A stretch of 64,000 bases of DNA from assembly GCA_964255285.1 (NCBI GenBank), contig CAXUUL010000009.1:1-64000 (forward strand), given 5' to 3'. The number at the start of each line of letters is the position of its first letter. Positions within the stretch are counted from its first letter, which is position 1. The translations under genes and the position numbers were made by a program. Below the pieces are notes generated by a model. It did no database searches, was not told where the DNA came from, and worked only from the letters and a program-made list of their open reading frames with translations. This document shows positions 24,627-38,300 of the stretch, one piece after another. Source of the stretch: Ionaspis alba (taxonomy: Eukaryota).

Positions 24627-27600
24627 TTATTGTTCCAGCGAAACTGCGTTTCCGGGAACAGGAACTCGTCCGTTGGCTACAGACCCCGTTCTGACCCACA
24701 CACCCCTCTCATTCCTCTTCTCTAGTATCTTCTGTGCAGCCAGTGGCCATCCCTTTCGCCCTTTATCGCCAATGATCGAAGGAATGACCCAGCACATTCG
24801 TTCGTCAGGTCTCCCAGGTACAGACTCGATCGCCCCAATCGGCTTGCTAAGCTCGAACAAAGGATGGCCATTGGACATACTGGCCAAAACTTTTGCACCG
24901 ACTGGTGTCAAGGGGTGCATCCTCGTCTTCGTCTTCTTGACACTAGAGATAGAATTGGTAGCAGCGCGTTGCAAGTGAGAGTACACGATATACTGAGGCA
25001 GCTCTTTGGGGGTGACATTCGCGAGAAGTGATGAAGGGTGAATATAGATAGCCTTGTCTTCCAGATCTTGAGCCGTGCCCTCGTGCGTCGGAAAGAGAGC
25101 GAAGTATGGTACGTCGGTTGCCCTTTGCGGTCTCCGGGATATTTCGGGAGGATCGGGAGAGAGATCTGCCCTAATGGCGATCTGGTCGATGAATGCTACG
25201 GCAAGCATTTGTCTCAACGTTGCACCTTGACTCGGTCGTATCGCATCGAGTACATCTCTGGAGTGGTTATCAGGTATCCCTACAGAAGCACTACTCATTT
25301 TTGTCAATTGCTCCCACAGCTGAAGTGCTTCCTCGAAGGCTTTGGCGCGGAGAGAGAATTTTCGGCAGAACGACTCCAGTTCATGATTCCTTTGAGCATA
25401 GTAACAAGCAATGAAGACGGAAAGAAGCTTGACACCATCTGATCTTGTATCAAATCTCGTGAACAATGCGTCACGCATTGCTTTGGATTTGCGACTCTGG
25501 TCAACATGTGTTTCTCCTACAAGATGGTCTACATCTGCATCTGCCTGCGCAACGAGATTTCCTGTCAAAAGGCTCGGATTTTTTTGATCGTCAAGCATGA
25601 TGAGATCGGGATTGGCTAAAGCGGCCACCAAGGCGGTCGTAAGGTACATGCAATCGTGCTGATTCCCTAAGGTTAGCAGTTTAGAGAGCCGCGGCGCGAT
25701 TGGATAGACAGTCATCGCCGCACCGGTTCGGGTCAAGTGATCCTGGGCATCTACGGCACCAAGATATTTGAGTAGTCTCTCCGCTTTTGAGATGTGTCGA
25801 GGATCCATTGGGGATGGAAAGGGGAATTTCGTTACATTTTGTATATTCATGGATTTAAGTTGTAGAACAACTCCTTCTATCGGAGTGCGTAGAAGCTCCG
25901 GTTCGGTGTGATCTTTGAACTCTCTCTCGTAGACGGCTGATGAATACAGTCGATAACAATGACCGGGTCCCATCCGACCAGCTCTACCAGCTCTCTGACT
26001 GGCGCTAGCCTTGCTAATCCAGTCAATCTCAAATCTCTGAACACCCGTAGAGTGGTTGTATTGTTTCTCTTTGGCACGGCCAGCATCAAAGACATATCTG
26101 ATTCCGGGAATAGTCAAACTTGTCTCCGCAACATTCGTCGCTACAATGATGAGACGAGAACTTTCCGGTGTTGGTTGGAAGACACGAAGCTGTTTGTAAG
26201 TAGGGAGTTTAGAGTACAAGGGCAAAACGTGTATCGATCGTGACAACAAAGCTTCTCCGCCCATTTTGAATTCCTCGTCGGCTGTATCTTCATCGCCCGT
26301 GCTCTCTTCTCCCTCGAAGTCGATACGCGAGCCTGGATCTTCGACTTTAGAGCAGTCTGGAAGATCTTCAGCTTCCAAAGGAGCATCGCTAGCGGCAAAG
26401 TCCAGGAGCTCGTTCTCCCTAGAGAGATTTTGCTTTGTGGGGAAAGTTGTCCTTAATTTATTGATAAAAGCGATGATCTCGCTCTCTCCTGTCAAAAAAA
26501 CAAGAAAACCGCCTGGCGGGAGCTTCTTGTGACCTCTACAGACCTTTTGAAACATCTCTTCGCAATAGTCTCGCTGTGTTCGTCGTGAGAAGTGGATCTT
26601 GACAGGGTGTTGACGTCCTTCAACCTGCACTAGCGGTGGAGGTCCGGTCAGGAACAGGTTGGCGTTTTTTGTAAAATCGGCGACTCTCAGGGTAGCTGAC
26701 ATGATGACGAGCTTCAGAGGTCGCACGGAGGAGCCATCAGAAGCCAAGGTTCTCCGAAGCTCGACGATCCTGCTTAACATGCCGACCAAGATATCAGTAT
26801 TCGTACTTCGCTCGTGTGCTTCGTCTATAATAATGGCCGAGTATCTCAATAATGCGAAATCATGAGTAATCTCTCGTAGAAGAATTCCATCTGTCATGTA
26901 TTTGATCGCGGTTTTCTTGCCAACCGTGCTATCGAAACGTATTTGGTACGACACTTTGTCGGGAACATCTCCCATCTCTGTACTCACACGGTTCGCAGTA
27001 CTCACAGCTGCGACGCGACGAGGTTGAGTTACCCCTATCATACCCGGAGTGGAGCTATGAGGGTTTCCATATCCTGCTTCATACAAGAATTGTGGAACTT
27101 GGGTAGACTTGCCACTTCCTGTCGCACCCCAGAGAACGACGATAGGGTTCCTCTGAATGGCTTCCATAATTTGTTGCTCCTCGGCAAGGATAGGCAAGGC
27201 AATTCGTGATGCTTGAATTTCGGGAGACCTTTCCACGTCGACGTGAAAAGGCTTTCCGGGAGGTTTTGATGGCGATGTATGGATATCGGGAGGTAATAAC
27301 GGTGTCACTAAAGCTCTTGGTTCTTGTGTAACTGTCTTCAAGTCTCCACGTTGATATTCTCGCATTTGTTCAACTATCTCAGTCGGGTGCCTCGGAGCTG
27401 CGTACTGTCTGAAACGAGTAGAGCGACGTTCCCAGCCATTGTCGTCGTCACTCCTGACTCCGGATTGGGAGTGAAAGACTGTGCATAGATCCTGGGCACT
27501 CATGTCCCCGTCAGACTGCTCCTCTTTGCTGACTCTCGGAGAGGCGCGCATTGGGCCACATTCGGCCCCGCCGCAAGAAGTCGGATGTCTGAGGGGACCG

Positions 27601-28361
27601 AGTGAGTAATAATTTCCATGAACGCTGTCTTCACATAAGGCGTGATTTGTCGATGCACCAGGGGTCGAATGCTCAATAGTTAGTGCAGTTTGACTTGCCC
27701 GTGGCTCTTTCCCTCCTACTCTCGTACGCTTACGCAGGATTGGGTTACCCTCCTCGTCGCGTTTAAGGGGTCTCTTGAGCCCAAAGCCAAAGGTTGTGGC
27801 TGACGAGACTTTACTCACTCCAGGCAGCGGGGGAAAGAACTCATCTTTGGGAGGTTCTGACGAGTCTGAATCCTCCAAGAGGCTATCGGACAGACGATCG
27901 AAGTATTGGGAGTTTGGGCCTTGCGGGGTCTTCAAGCCTTCAGAGACCAGAACGCAATCGCCCCGACGAGTAGTTCTACCGGACCCTAAATTTCTGGAGC
28001 TCTGGAACAGAGAAGTATCGGTCTTTGCTGAGCCGAGTTTCTTAATCAAGTCGATATTCTCCTCTTTCCGTAACTTCTTCTCCTAAGCTATGGTCAGTGA
28101 AAGTGCAATTCCGTGATGGAACAAACCCACAATGTACTTTTCGAGCCGCTTCTGCTTCTGGCGTGATATCTGAGGCTGATCGACCACTATCTCTGTCCTT
28201 GGAGACAGAGCTTTGCTGTCATGTAGCTCTCTATTAGAGGACGGTAGCTCGAGCTCGTTGGAATCAATTGTACCTCCTCCTCCTCCTCCTCCTCCTCCCC
28301 CATGACTACTACGCTCCCGGCGCTTGTGCTTGCGCTGTCTCGGTACAAATTTTGGTGGCAT
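24627..28361 (-). CDS. DHR1: DEAH-box RNA helicase for 40S biogenesis (Dhr1/Ecm16/DHX37)
   Basis: MPPKFVPRQRKHK start, intron 28083-28130; GATGSGKST, TQPRRVAA, DEAHER, MSAT, TNVAETSLTIP, QRAGRAGR. Confidence 0.92.
28274..28298. repeat. (CCT)n microsatellite encoding a poly-Gly tract in DHR1 exon 1
   Basis: About 8 CCT units read directly; translates as a G run on the minus strand. Confidence 0.8.
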
Positions 28362-28372
28362 GACAGTGGTGG

Positions 28373-28582
28373 TGGTGGTGGCGGACAACGGGTGGTAGGA
28401 CCTTGAACAGAGAGACGGTAAGGCTCANNNNNNNNNNNNNNNNNNNNNNNNNNNNNNNNNNNNNNNNNNNNNNNNNNNNNNNNNNNNNNNNNNNNNNNNN
28501 NNNNNNNNNNNNNNNNNNNNNNNNNNNTGGTGGTGGCGGACAACGGGTGGTAGGACCTTGAACAGAGAGACGGTAAGGCTCA
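28373..28582. other. Scaffold gap (100 N, 28428-28527) flanked by an identical 55-bp sequence; probable unmerged contig overlap
   Basis: 28373-28427 is identical to 28528-28582 and starts inside a (GGT)n run. Confidence 0.9.
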
Positions 28583-28955
28583 TGGAAGAAGAAATCACAC
28601 ATAATTATGTCATGGCTTCAAGCTCATTATAAATATCACGAAATGTTCAATGTTTGAAAGCTCGAAGTCGTAGCTTAAAAACTTTTCGGAAACGCAAAAA
28701 ACTCCTTGACGTTGCTAGTGGTCAAACGACTGGCACGAACAGCTGGCTTTGCCGGGCTCCAGAGTCCCTTTGCAGCGATTTTAATGGCCATTAGACTTGG
28801 AAGTTTGGGGTGGTTTAGCGGAGCTGTCAGCTGGACTATCCCTGAGATATGCCAAACCTTACGCACTGCGGACAAAATCGCAGTTCCATTGACCACGGAA
28901 TTTAGAACTCTAGGATTTTTGATTACGATCTCGAGTTCTGACATTACTTGGGACA

Positions 28956-29451
28956 ATGCCTGGACCCATTGCAGCAGGTTATCCTGGCAACACAAAGCAG
29001 GTTGCCGGCAGTGTTGATGGCAAAACCACCAACGTGATGGTCATCTCATTTACAGATAGGATTGTTGTCACTATCAGTCAGAGTGGAAGGCTGGCCCAGT
29101 GGGTACGCATGCATGGATCTGTTGCTGGAGCTCTCTGTTCTGATTTGATTCGTCTAGATCTCAGTACCTCTCGACTCTGTCAACCCAAGCCGGGCCGACA
29201 GTTTTCTTCCTTCGGCCAACGTCGATGAATTGCTCCCAATGCCTCATCTCACCGCAGGTACCATACTTGGGGGATCCACGGCGCAAAGAGAGACACTTGG
29301 CCAACTCTACGCCATTCAGGTTGCCAGCACTATCGTACTCAAGAACCCCGAAGAGAGACGCTCGATCCTCGTCGGCCTTGGTCTAGACAGAGCTGAGGCC
29401 ACGCGAGAACAATTCTTTGATGTCCTGGACTTGGTCTCGAAATGTGTATGA
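28956..29451 (+). CDS. Proteasome assembly chaperone 3 (PAC3)-like protein
   Basis: YPGNTKQ..FTDRIVVTISQSGRLAQW | intron 29103-29157 | ISVPL..TILGG..LYAIQVAS..ILVGLGL; start codon less certain. Confidence 0.72.
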
Positions 29452-29837
29452 ATGTATACAAAACATGAATTCGATAACATACAAAGCTTTTGTCATAGTC
29501 TTATTTGCTAGCGATAGACCAACTCGGTTCAATCTCAAATCTCAATAATCCACCTTCTTCATCACCGCTTGATAGATACCTGCGGCCTGCTTGCCCTAGC
29601 TGGAATCCACTTATAGGTATCCCGAATGTCGGTAGTCCAATTGTATTAGCGGTGGTCAGGGGGTGGGTTCTTTCTGGACAGCTCAAGCGCATCGTAATCA
29701 GCGGAGGTACATAACTATATCATGCAGCAGGACAAACACTAACTCCGCAGGTAAGTTTCAATGCGATTCATTGTGGGGGGTATATAGCTAGCTAAAAGTT
29801 CTTTTCACCCAGTCGACCCACAGAGAAGCCTAGAGAT

Positions 29838-32800
29838 CTACAACTCAACGTTGGCGTTGCGTTGCGAGTGATCATGTCTTTCTTTCTCGGTGCTCTCCAA
29901 CATATCCGTCACATCCACCACTTCGACAACACAAGGTTCTCTCGCATACCAAACCTCCCTCACCGTTCTCTCTTCCACGGCCAGTCCTATACCTAACTCT
30001 CCTATCTCGGCCCTAGATCTCCCTTGGACCTCATGATCCCCAACAACAGCAGCAGTGCTTGTAGAACCGCTCCAAATCTTGACCTCCTCAACAGATGCAC
30101 CGATTTCAAATTCTCCTGGGCACAAGAAAACGCAGCCCATTTCTACCTCTCGTGATTCACCAGGGTTCATCAGCGGCAGAGTGCGCTGTAGAAGCCCGTT
30201 GAACGCGAATCTCTTCCCAAGGTCAAGCGCGATGGACGACGGTTGGTGACGGAGAGATGGTTGGAGCCGCAGGAGCGGCAATATCGGGTGAGGAAGTCGA
30301 TTTGTAAGCTTGACTATCAGGGTGAGAAACGAGTCGACTGGAGCGTGGAACGCGGACCTTGCGCTTTGATAGATTTGACGAAGCTTCCGTTCCCGCTCTG
30401 CGGTAGCTGATTGTTGATGTTGAGGTGGGGGACATGATATACCAGACAAGGACATGTTAATCCCAAAGTCCTCAAGCTTGACTGCTCGCACCATGTTAGG
30501 GGTGAGTCGAATTGCCCGAAGCTCGATATTGCCATGGCGCCCTGTGACATCCTCTTCCCATGTAGCACGCATATGTTTCAGAATCTCTTCACGAAGCCAG
30601 AACGATTCTCTGCTGGATCGTTCGAGGTCCGGAGAAATCTTCGAAGCACTTACTACGAACTGGCGTTTGGTAGTCGGATCAAGGGAAGGCACAGGCGCAA
30701 AGGGGTCCTGGAGGGAGATCCTAGGGAGCAGTAAGACGAGGCGAGAAGTTTGACCCGGTTGGAGCACTTCGTGGACCGTGTAGGCTCGCTTCCATGGATC
30801 GCCGGGACTGGTATCCTTCATCGTGTTTTCACGAACTTGGACGGAAATTGAAAGCGGATTAAGCCAGGCATTGTAGAAGTCCAGGAGGAGCAAGCAGTGA
30901 TCGTCACCATGAGAGCCTAGACCGAGGCGTTCGAGTAGAGCCTGGAACCGGTTTTCAGTCTTGGTGATCCGAGAAGCAGCTCGCGGGCGTCTATCTTGCG
31001 GTGTAGCTGCTCTACTTCCATTAGATATCGGGTATCGCTTATGGTTGCGCCAAGCGAAATCTCGTGTGAATGGAAGGAACTCATTGCGGATAAGTTCAAT
31101 GCTTGGGTTGACCGTGATAGCGAGTGGAATGGAAAGACGTCTTGTATAGAACGTGCCAGTTGAGTTATCCGTGTCATCGCCCAGTTGTCCGTAGTCAATA
31201 TGAATAGTGCCTTGACTCAAACCAGGCTTACCTTCTAGCTCAATTATGATAGAGTTTTCTCCTTGTGGCGCAACTGTTACTTTCACGTTGTTGTTCTCGT
31301 GTCGCCATCGAAAAACCTGAGCGCGGAATAATGCAAGTTCAATTTCAAAGATTTCGGCTGCAGATAGTTCCTTGTTGGCCAAAGCAGCCCGCAGAGAATT
31401 TGTTGTAGAGTCACTAAAGGTAAGCAACAGAAGATCTACGAGGACAGATGATAAGTTCTGTAAAGTCAAAGAAAATTGCTTTGTCTCTCCTTCGAGGATC
31501 ATGATCGCAGACTGCGAAAGTGAGATGCTTTTGAGATTGACTCTTGGCTGCGGCTCAAGGATGTCGATGCTCAATGTCGATGTAACAGGGGCTGGCACTG
31601 TTTGTTGTCGATGGCTTCTGACTGTGGCGGACTCGGTGGAGGTCGGCCGCTCTTTCGCAGATTCTGCTGCAGCCAGGCCCATCTTCTTGATCTTCAATGC
31701 CCCTTTCCCAGTCCATGGCCGATCAAAAGTTAGAAATCTTCTTTCCTTACAACCTTTGACCTTTGCGACACATCCATGTATATTCAGTTTGCCTGGGGAT
31801 TGCGGGATTCCCGTCAACTGTAAAGCCTGAGTCCTATATGGACCAATGACCACACTCTGGTCTTGCGCTTCCATTTCTATGCCAGTAGAGTCTAACCTTA
31901 TTCGCTCAACTTCCAAATCAAAATCAAAGAGATTCTGAACCATAATGGTAAAGGTCGCTTCATCCTTTGCAACCAGAGTAGCTTCATTTGCGGCGAAACC
32001 TGGCTTGGTCCCAAATGGGTTGTGAATGAAGGGCCCTTCTTTCTTCTCCTTACCGATGCCATCGGCCAGATAATGTCGGGCTCTTTCTTGCAATACAGGT
32101 ATTTTGAGTAATGATGGCTGGAGAATCTCGACATGGCGGACGAGGAATTCATCCCAGTAGTCTGCTTCTGCCCGAGCGAAGCCCATCTGAGTTGCTGCAT
32201 TGGATGTGCGGAGGATGTTAGTTGACAACCGGATTTGGTCCTCGACGGATAAGGACGGAGATGCAACTCTGCTTTCTGGTCCAGGGGCGATACCACTACT
32301 TCCTACTCTTAGAAGCGTCGAAGAAAAGCCAAGAACATTACCCAAATCTGGAAGTGCTTCGCAAAGGTTGATGCAGTACCTTAAGAGATCCAGCTTCAGA
32401 TCTAGGCTTCCGAATGAACGGACGATGAAATTTTGAGTAGCACGAGTTGCGATATTATCGGCGGGATCGCCAGTGCCCACTTCCGGAGCGAATGAAGTTG
32501 TTATCCCGTACACCTCGCAAAGAAGCCATAGGAAAGCCGACATTTCGGGCTCTGGACTATCCCGCCGACCTCGACTTTCGATAGAATTTTTAGTCCCGCT
32601 CACGAGATCTAAAGACGATAGACTTGCAGCAGGATGGACACCAAGCTCTGCCGCGCTGTCTTTCATACTCTGGACAAGTGCTGGGAGGAGAAGAGTCAAG
32701 ATCTCTCTGAGAATGAAACCTTTTTTGCGATGATACCCGAGTTTGATGAATACAGATCCTATACCGGTGAGTATTTTGATTCGGTGTGTTATATCCATGG

Positions 32801-34596
32801 TTTGCTCTGTGGCTGGGCTAGGCAGTGCACTCAGAAGGATTGAAGAGATCTCAGACTTGGTCGGGAAGGAAACAAACTGTGAGGGCAGATAGCCTTTCCT
32901 CTCCCGGATATTCTGATGAAGCACAACGCATTGTAATCCGTAGTCATCTAATATTCCGTGTGAGATTTGGATGATCGCTAGTATGTTAGCAAAGCGAATT
33001 ACCGATTCGGAAAAAGCCAGCTGTGGAAGCTGATCGGCCGTGAATGTTGCAGCTCGAATATACATGCGAAGAATGGTGTTCACAAGGTCGGGCAACAGAC
33101 TACAGAGATTCTGAAGAGAAACAAGCCGATTTGCAGCATTTGGGCTTTTTAAGACGGTGAGATCAGGTACGCTGCTCGTGGGGGTATGTTTGGCCGATTT
33201 ATTTGACCCTGGGCTTGATTTGTCTCCTGAAGGGTAACACACTTGTGGTATCTAACGAAGATTAATCATGAGCCATATTGGTCGACTTGCTAAGCTCACT
33301 CACATCGAAATCCATACCCGCCCATGCACACATTAGCAGACATACAAGAATGTAGTCGAGAGCTTTCGCGTGCCATACATGATCATTGTTCGCCCGTGTA
33401 AATACAGCGCTTTCCACCAGCTCTCTGATTGCATCAGGCCATCTACCCGCAAGAAGATACATCGAACCGAGAACAACTCCCTGTCGTCCTCTGACCTTGT
33501 TTCTTGCTCGTTCTCCAACAGTTCCAGAACTCGACCCATGAATAGATACTCTGTCTTTACCCATTTGCAGAGGATTCTCCTTCTCGGCAGATGGAGCAGG
33601 CCGACCAGGTAGACCGCTAGTTCCTTCAAATGTGATTGGTGGTGTTCTTGTCCCATTAGACAAAGGCCTCGAGGTATCATCCTCGTTACGATAACGAGAA
33701 GGAACTCCTGATGCCATTTGCGATGGTGAGAAAGATCGATCGTCAATTCTCCGTGGTGCGTCCGCTGTAGGTGATGACGACCGTGAGTTGAGCGTTTCCG
33801 AAATACGGGACTGAGGTCTTGAAGAAGTTTCTGGTTGAGAAGCAGGACGAGCTCTATATTCGCTGGAAGACTGCTCAACATAAGGGGACTTTGGAGTTTC
33901 AATGCTTGCCATTGATAGAAGAGACTTTGCATAGGTCGCCATTTCCGCTAATATAAGAGAGGTCAAGTCGCACATGATGGTTTTCATGGTAGTTGTTTTG
34001 CACTTGTCCAGTGGAGGCACGAGTGTTAGTGAAGTTGCCAATGCAGCGGATATTTCTTCACAGTCGAAGACGAATATTTGATGCACAAGGGCAGATTGAT
34101 ATTGTTCTTTGAGCCATTCCAGGTTTTCTGATAGCTCTTGGAAGCCGTAGCGATCAGCGACAATTGCCGCATCGCCTTCTTGGACCTCCCCTAGGCTTGA
34201 ACGTCTGCCGTCTCCGTAGTTCTCGGACCTCAAATAGCTCTTAGCATCAGCCACCGCTATCACAGCAATTGGTAAGCGGTGAAATTCCAGGGGCGCCAGA
34301 GATGTTTGAGCTATTGTAGGGTTAGATGTCATCAGGTCGTAGAGAATCAGGCCGGTCGGGAAGGCAAGAGGAGAGAACATATCTGTGCTCCGGTCAGCTA
34401 CGTGCCTCGCCGCATGGATGATTAACCTACTTTTGTAAGGTCGACCATCTGGGCTTATATCGCTCAGGCGTACTATACTCTCTTGTTGGAGGCGCGCAGC
34501 AAATGATGCAAAGTCGGATCGAGTTATCTTCCCATATGGCAGTAATAAACACCGTATTCGCGCCGGCGCGATCGGTGAAAAAGGGTCAGATTCCAT
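29838..34596 (-). CDS. TRS120: TRAPPII complex subunit Trs120
   Basis: Introns 34383-34430 and 33252-33303; DPFSPIAPARIRCLLLP, TTMKTIMCD, LLAGRWPDA, DHVWHAKAL, DYWDEFLVR, GPFIHNPF. Confidence 0.9.
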
Positions 34597-35305
34597 AATG
34601 ACATCTGCGCCAGCCTTGGAATGAGTTCACTATCTAAACATTGCCAGCGCCCTCGACACGATAAGTAGTTGCCATGAGCAAAATTGCGTAAGTCATCCCA
34701 GAATCCGGGCCGATTTCTTGAGGACAAAAGAGTGATCTGGAGCAGGCATTTTTGCCAGAGATAGAAAATCTGTGTCAAGCGTCATATCTCTTCGGATGCG
34801 GAAGATTTCTCATGCATGGAAAGGTCTTCAAGCGGAAAAATTTGACAAATTTGACGATTGATGGTGGCTTAGAAAATGTTTACGCAGACACAATTCGGCA
34901 AGAGCAGCCACCTCGTGCCCACGCGTGGCGTGATAGAGTCTCAGCGCGTAACCTTGAATGTTAGGCTAGCTTTTGGGTGCCTCGGTGGCAAGGGTGGTGG
35001 GTTGGAACATGATTTGTGTATTTACGAGTCGTCATCCCTCACACAGACTCCACACCTTACATCGTTTCCAATAGACTTTTCTCTGCTCTGTCCTGGCGTT
35101 GGGGGTGGCGACTTGGGATTTGAAACGTTGCCTAGCCGGCTGACAACACCTGTCAAACGTTTGGAGAGCTATCATCTGTTGATCTCAGTGAAACTTTGAA
35201 GCCGCGCACAGCTCATTTTATGAATTTTAGATTCTCCCACAACTACATGTCAACGCCATAAGCAAGGGAGCAACATCGCTCCTTGTCCCGTATGCTGGGT
35301 TCGAC

Positions 35306-38300
35306 ATGGTTGACAAGACAGATTTCAACGCGCTCAGAGCACAGGCTCTGGTTAGCGGCCACGATGAAGCAGTCACCGTCAATACTCGAGCACTTATCGA
35401 CAAAGTTCTAGCTAGATACTCAGGAGACTGGTAGGTGCGGCTGAAGTCTCTTGCATTTCCGACAGGCTAAATTCTTTCAGGACTGTGTTTCGTGAGCTCC
35501 TGCAAAATGCTGCAGACGCTGCAGCGCACAAAGTGACAATAAGATTCGAAACTACACCTTCCTCCACGGTCCCTGTGCCTCGAGCCTCGGATGCCTCCGC
35601 CCTTCTCAAGCACTCCATCTTGAATCATACCCTCAAACGTGTCGTGGTCACCAACGATGGGCAAGCTTTCGCAGCCAATGACTGGTCACGACTTAAACGC
35701 ATCGCGGAAGGCAATCCCGACGAAACCAAGATTGGGGCATTTGGTGTTGGCTTCTACAGCGTGTTTGCAGATTGTGAGGAACCTCTAGTGCGGTCTGGCA
35801 ATGCAGCCATGGCATTTTTCTGGAAGGGAAATCAGCTTTTCACACGCATGCTACCCTTATCCGACGATCAAGGAAGTTCTGATACAACCTTTGTACTTGA
35901 TTATAGGAATACCATGACTTCAGTCCCTGATCTTCTCGCACTCAGCCAATTCCTGGCAAGCAGCCTGACGTTTGTCGGTCTTACTCGCATCGAACTGTGG
36001 TTAGATGACACTCGGCTTCTCTATCTCACCAAGCTCACAGCACCAAGTGTGGCTGTAAAGATACCACGCGCGTTGGAAACTAAAACCGCTGAAGGTCTGA
36101 TGCGTATTGAGTCAGTAGCTCGAGAGACGGCTCAGATCGAAGCGATTTGGCTGAACATTGTGGCCTGGAAGCCCAAGTCCGCGAATGCAACGAAGGAGTG
36201 TCAGCCACATGCCCCTGCAACTACTTCTGGCACATCGATCCGTTCGTTCTTCAGCAAATTAGCAGCGAACAACAGCAAGCATGCAGTCAATAAGATTGCA
36301 AAGGAAGAGCAAGCATCGCAAGAAGCCATTGCGGAGGATTTGAATGGGGAACGCAAAGCAGTCGTTTTTTTGCACGTGAACACTGCAACTATTCGGACCA
36401 AGATCGACACCCATTTCTCTCGTGAGCTAGAACGGGCAACCAAGAAACCACCACCAAAGACTACGACTATAGCGGTGCTTACTTCTTCTTATGATGAGCA
36501 AGGCGTCTCCGACCCCACAGGAACTTTATCGTCACTGTCTAACGTTACTCTTGCGAATGTACTACCGTCGAAGTCGGGTCGTGTTTTCATAGGATTTCCC
36601 ACCCACCAAACAACGGGGCTGAATGCGCATATCTCAGCACAATCCGTCATACCAACCGTGGAAAGGGAGAGTATTGACTTGAATGCGCGATATATCAGAA
36701 ATTGGAATTCAGAACTTCTCCGAGCCGCCGGAATTGTGTGTCGGATTGCTTGGTCAGGGGAAATTGCTTCAATGAACGACAAAATAGCACGCATTATGGG
36801 TGAGCGAAAGAACACCAAAATGCGCGATGATGAGGTCGGCTCGTTACTTCCAGAAGCAGCCCATTTGTGCAATCAATATACCTTTCGTGAATCCACGCCA
36901 TCTTCCCAAGTTGGGACTTTGGTCGAAGAGTCTTTTTGGACGTGCATCAAATCTACGTCGATTGAATTGCTTTCGACCCGAGGTATATTGGCCAGTCGTG
37001 ACGTCCGCATTGCAAGTGACGATCTGAATTTTGTGGACGGCATACCTATGGTACCGCCCTCGCTGCAGGAAAAAGCCCCTGGCTTCGTGAGAAAGCTCAT
37101 CGATTACGGAATTATTACAGAAATCACGACCGCGGACATAAGAAAAGAGCTTGAGGCTCAAGCACTATCTTCGAAACAACTGGTTGAATTCATGCGTTGG
37201 CTTTCCCACAAGGCTCGTATAAACGAACTTGATAGTGCCACTACACGACTGCTTTTGGATGTGGCTGTAGCCAATGATGAGGATGATTCTACGCATGGCA
37301 AATTGATCATACTGTCCGGAATCAAACACTTTGTTAATGCTTCGAGAATTCCTGCTGATGTCCCTGTTCCTCCAAACACGATACCTTTCAAATTCACGAA
37401 AGATTTTCAAAGGCCAGATTTAGAAGCTCTCGGATGGGAAGATCTTCAGATCGTGCCATGGTTGCGATGGTTAGCTGAAAACTCAGGCGGCCATGGGAGC
37501 CTAGCCAAGGAACACGATCTCACTCAGTCCGCTGCGTTTGCGACCAGGATCTTGCCTGTGATATCGAAACAGTGGGACGGGCTAAGTCAGTCATCCAAAG
37601 CCACGGTTGTGGACCTGTTAAGCACTCGTACTATTATACCTACGAAGATGGGAATGAAAAAGCCAGTAGATGCATACTTCCCATCCGTGAAGCTCTTCGA
37701 CGATCTGCCGGTAGTCTTGAATCTTCATTCGGTCAAGGATAAATTCCTACTAGCTCTGGGTGTACGCAAGACCGTTGATCTCAGTCTGGTTTTTGATCGA
37801 CTGCTAGCTCCGCCAGAGTATCAACAGCATGCCACGAAGGCTCGCCCTGCCTGGAGTCACGTTGATCTTATCAAGTATCTAGCTTCAGTCCGACAGGACG
37901 TACCTGTGGAAGACATCAACCGGCTCAAGATCACCCCAATATGTCCAGCCGAGGCAGAAATTTCTGCAAAGGCGACAAATCAGCGATTCCGTATTGACGA
38001 ACTATTTGAACCATCTGAAGTTCTTCGGCCTCTAGGTCTCCGTATGCTCCAGTGGCCAATGCCGTTTCGATCTGGAAGCGAAGAAGGAAGATTTCTAACC
38101 TATCTCGGGTTGCGAACAGCCCCTGCCATGAAAGAGCTTATCGGCATCATGGTCGCTGCACTCACAGACGGCAACCTTGCTTTGCGAGAACGAGTCCTCA
38201 GGTACATAATTGAATACCATTACCAGAACAATTATAATGCCAAAGAGTGTGTCTCTGCTACAACGCCTTTTTTGCCACTACAAGTAGAAGATCCAAAAGC

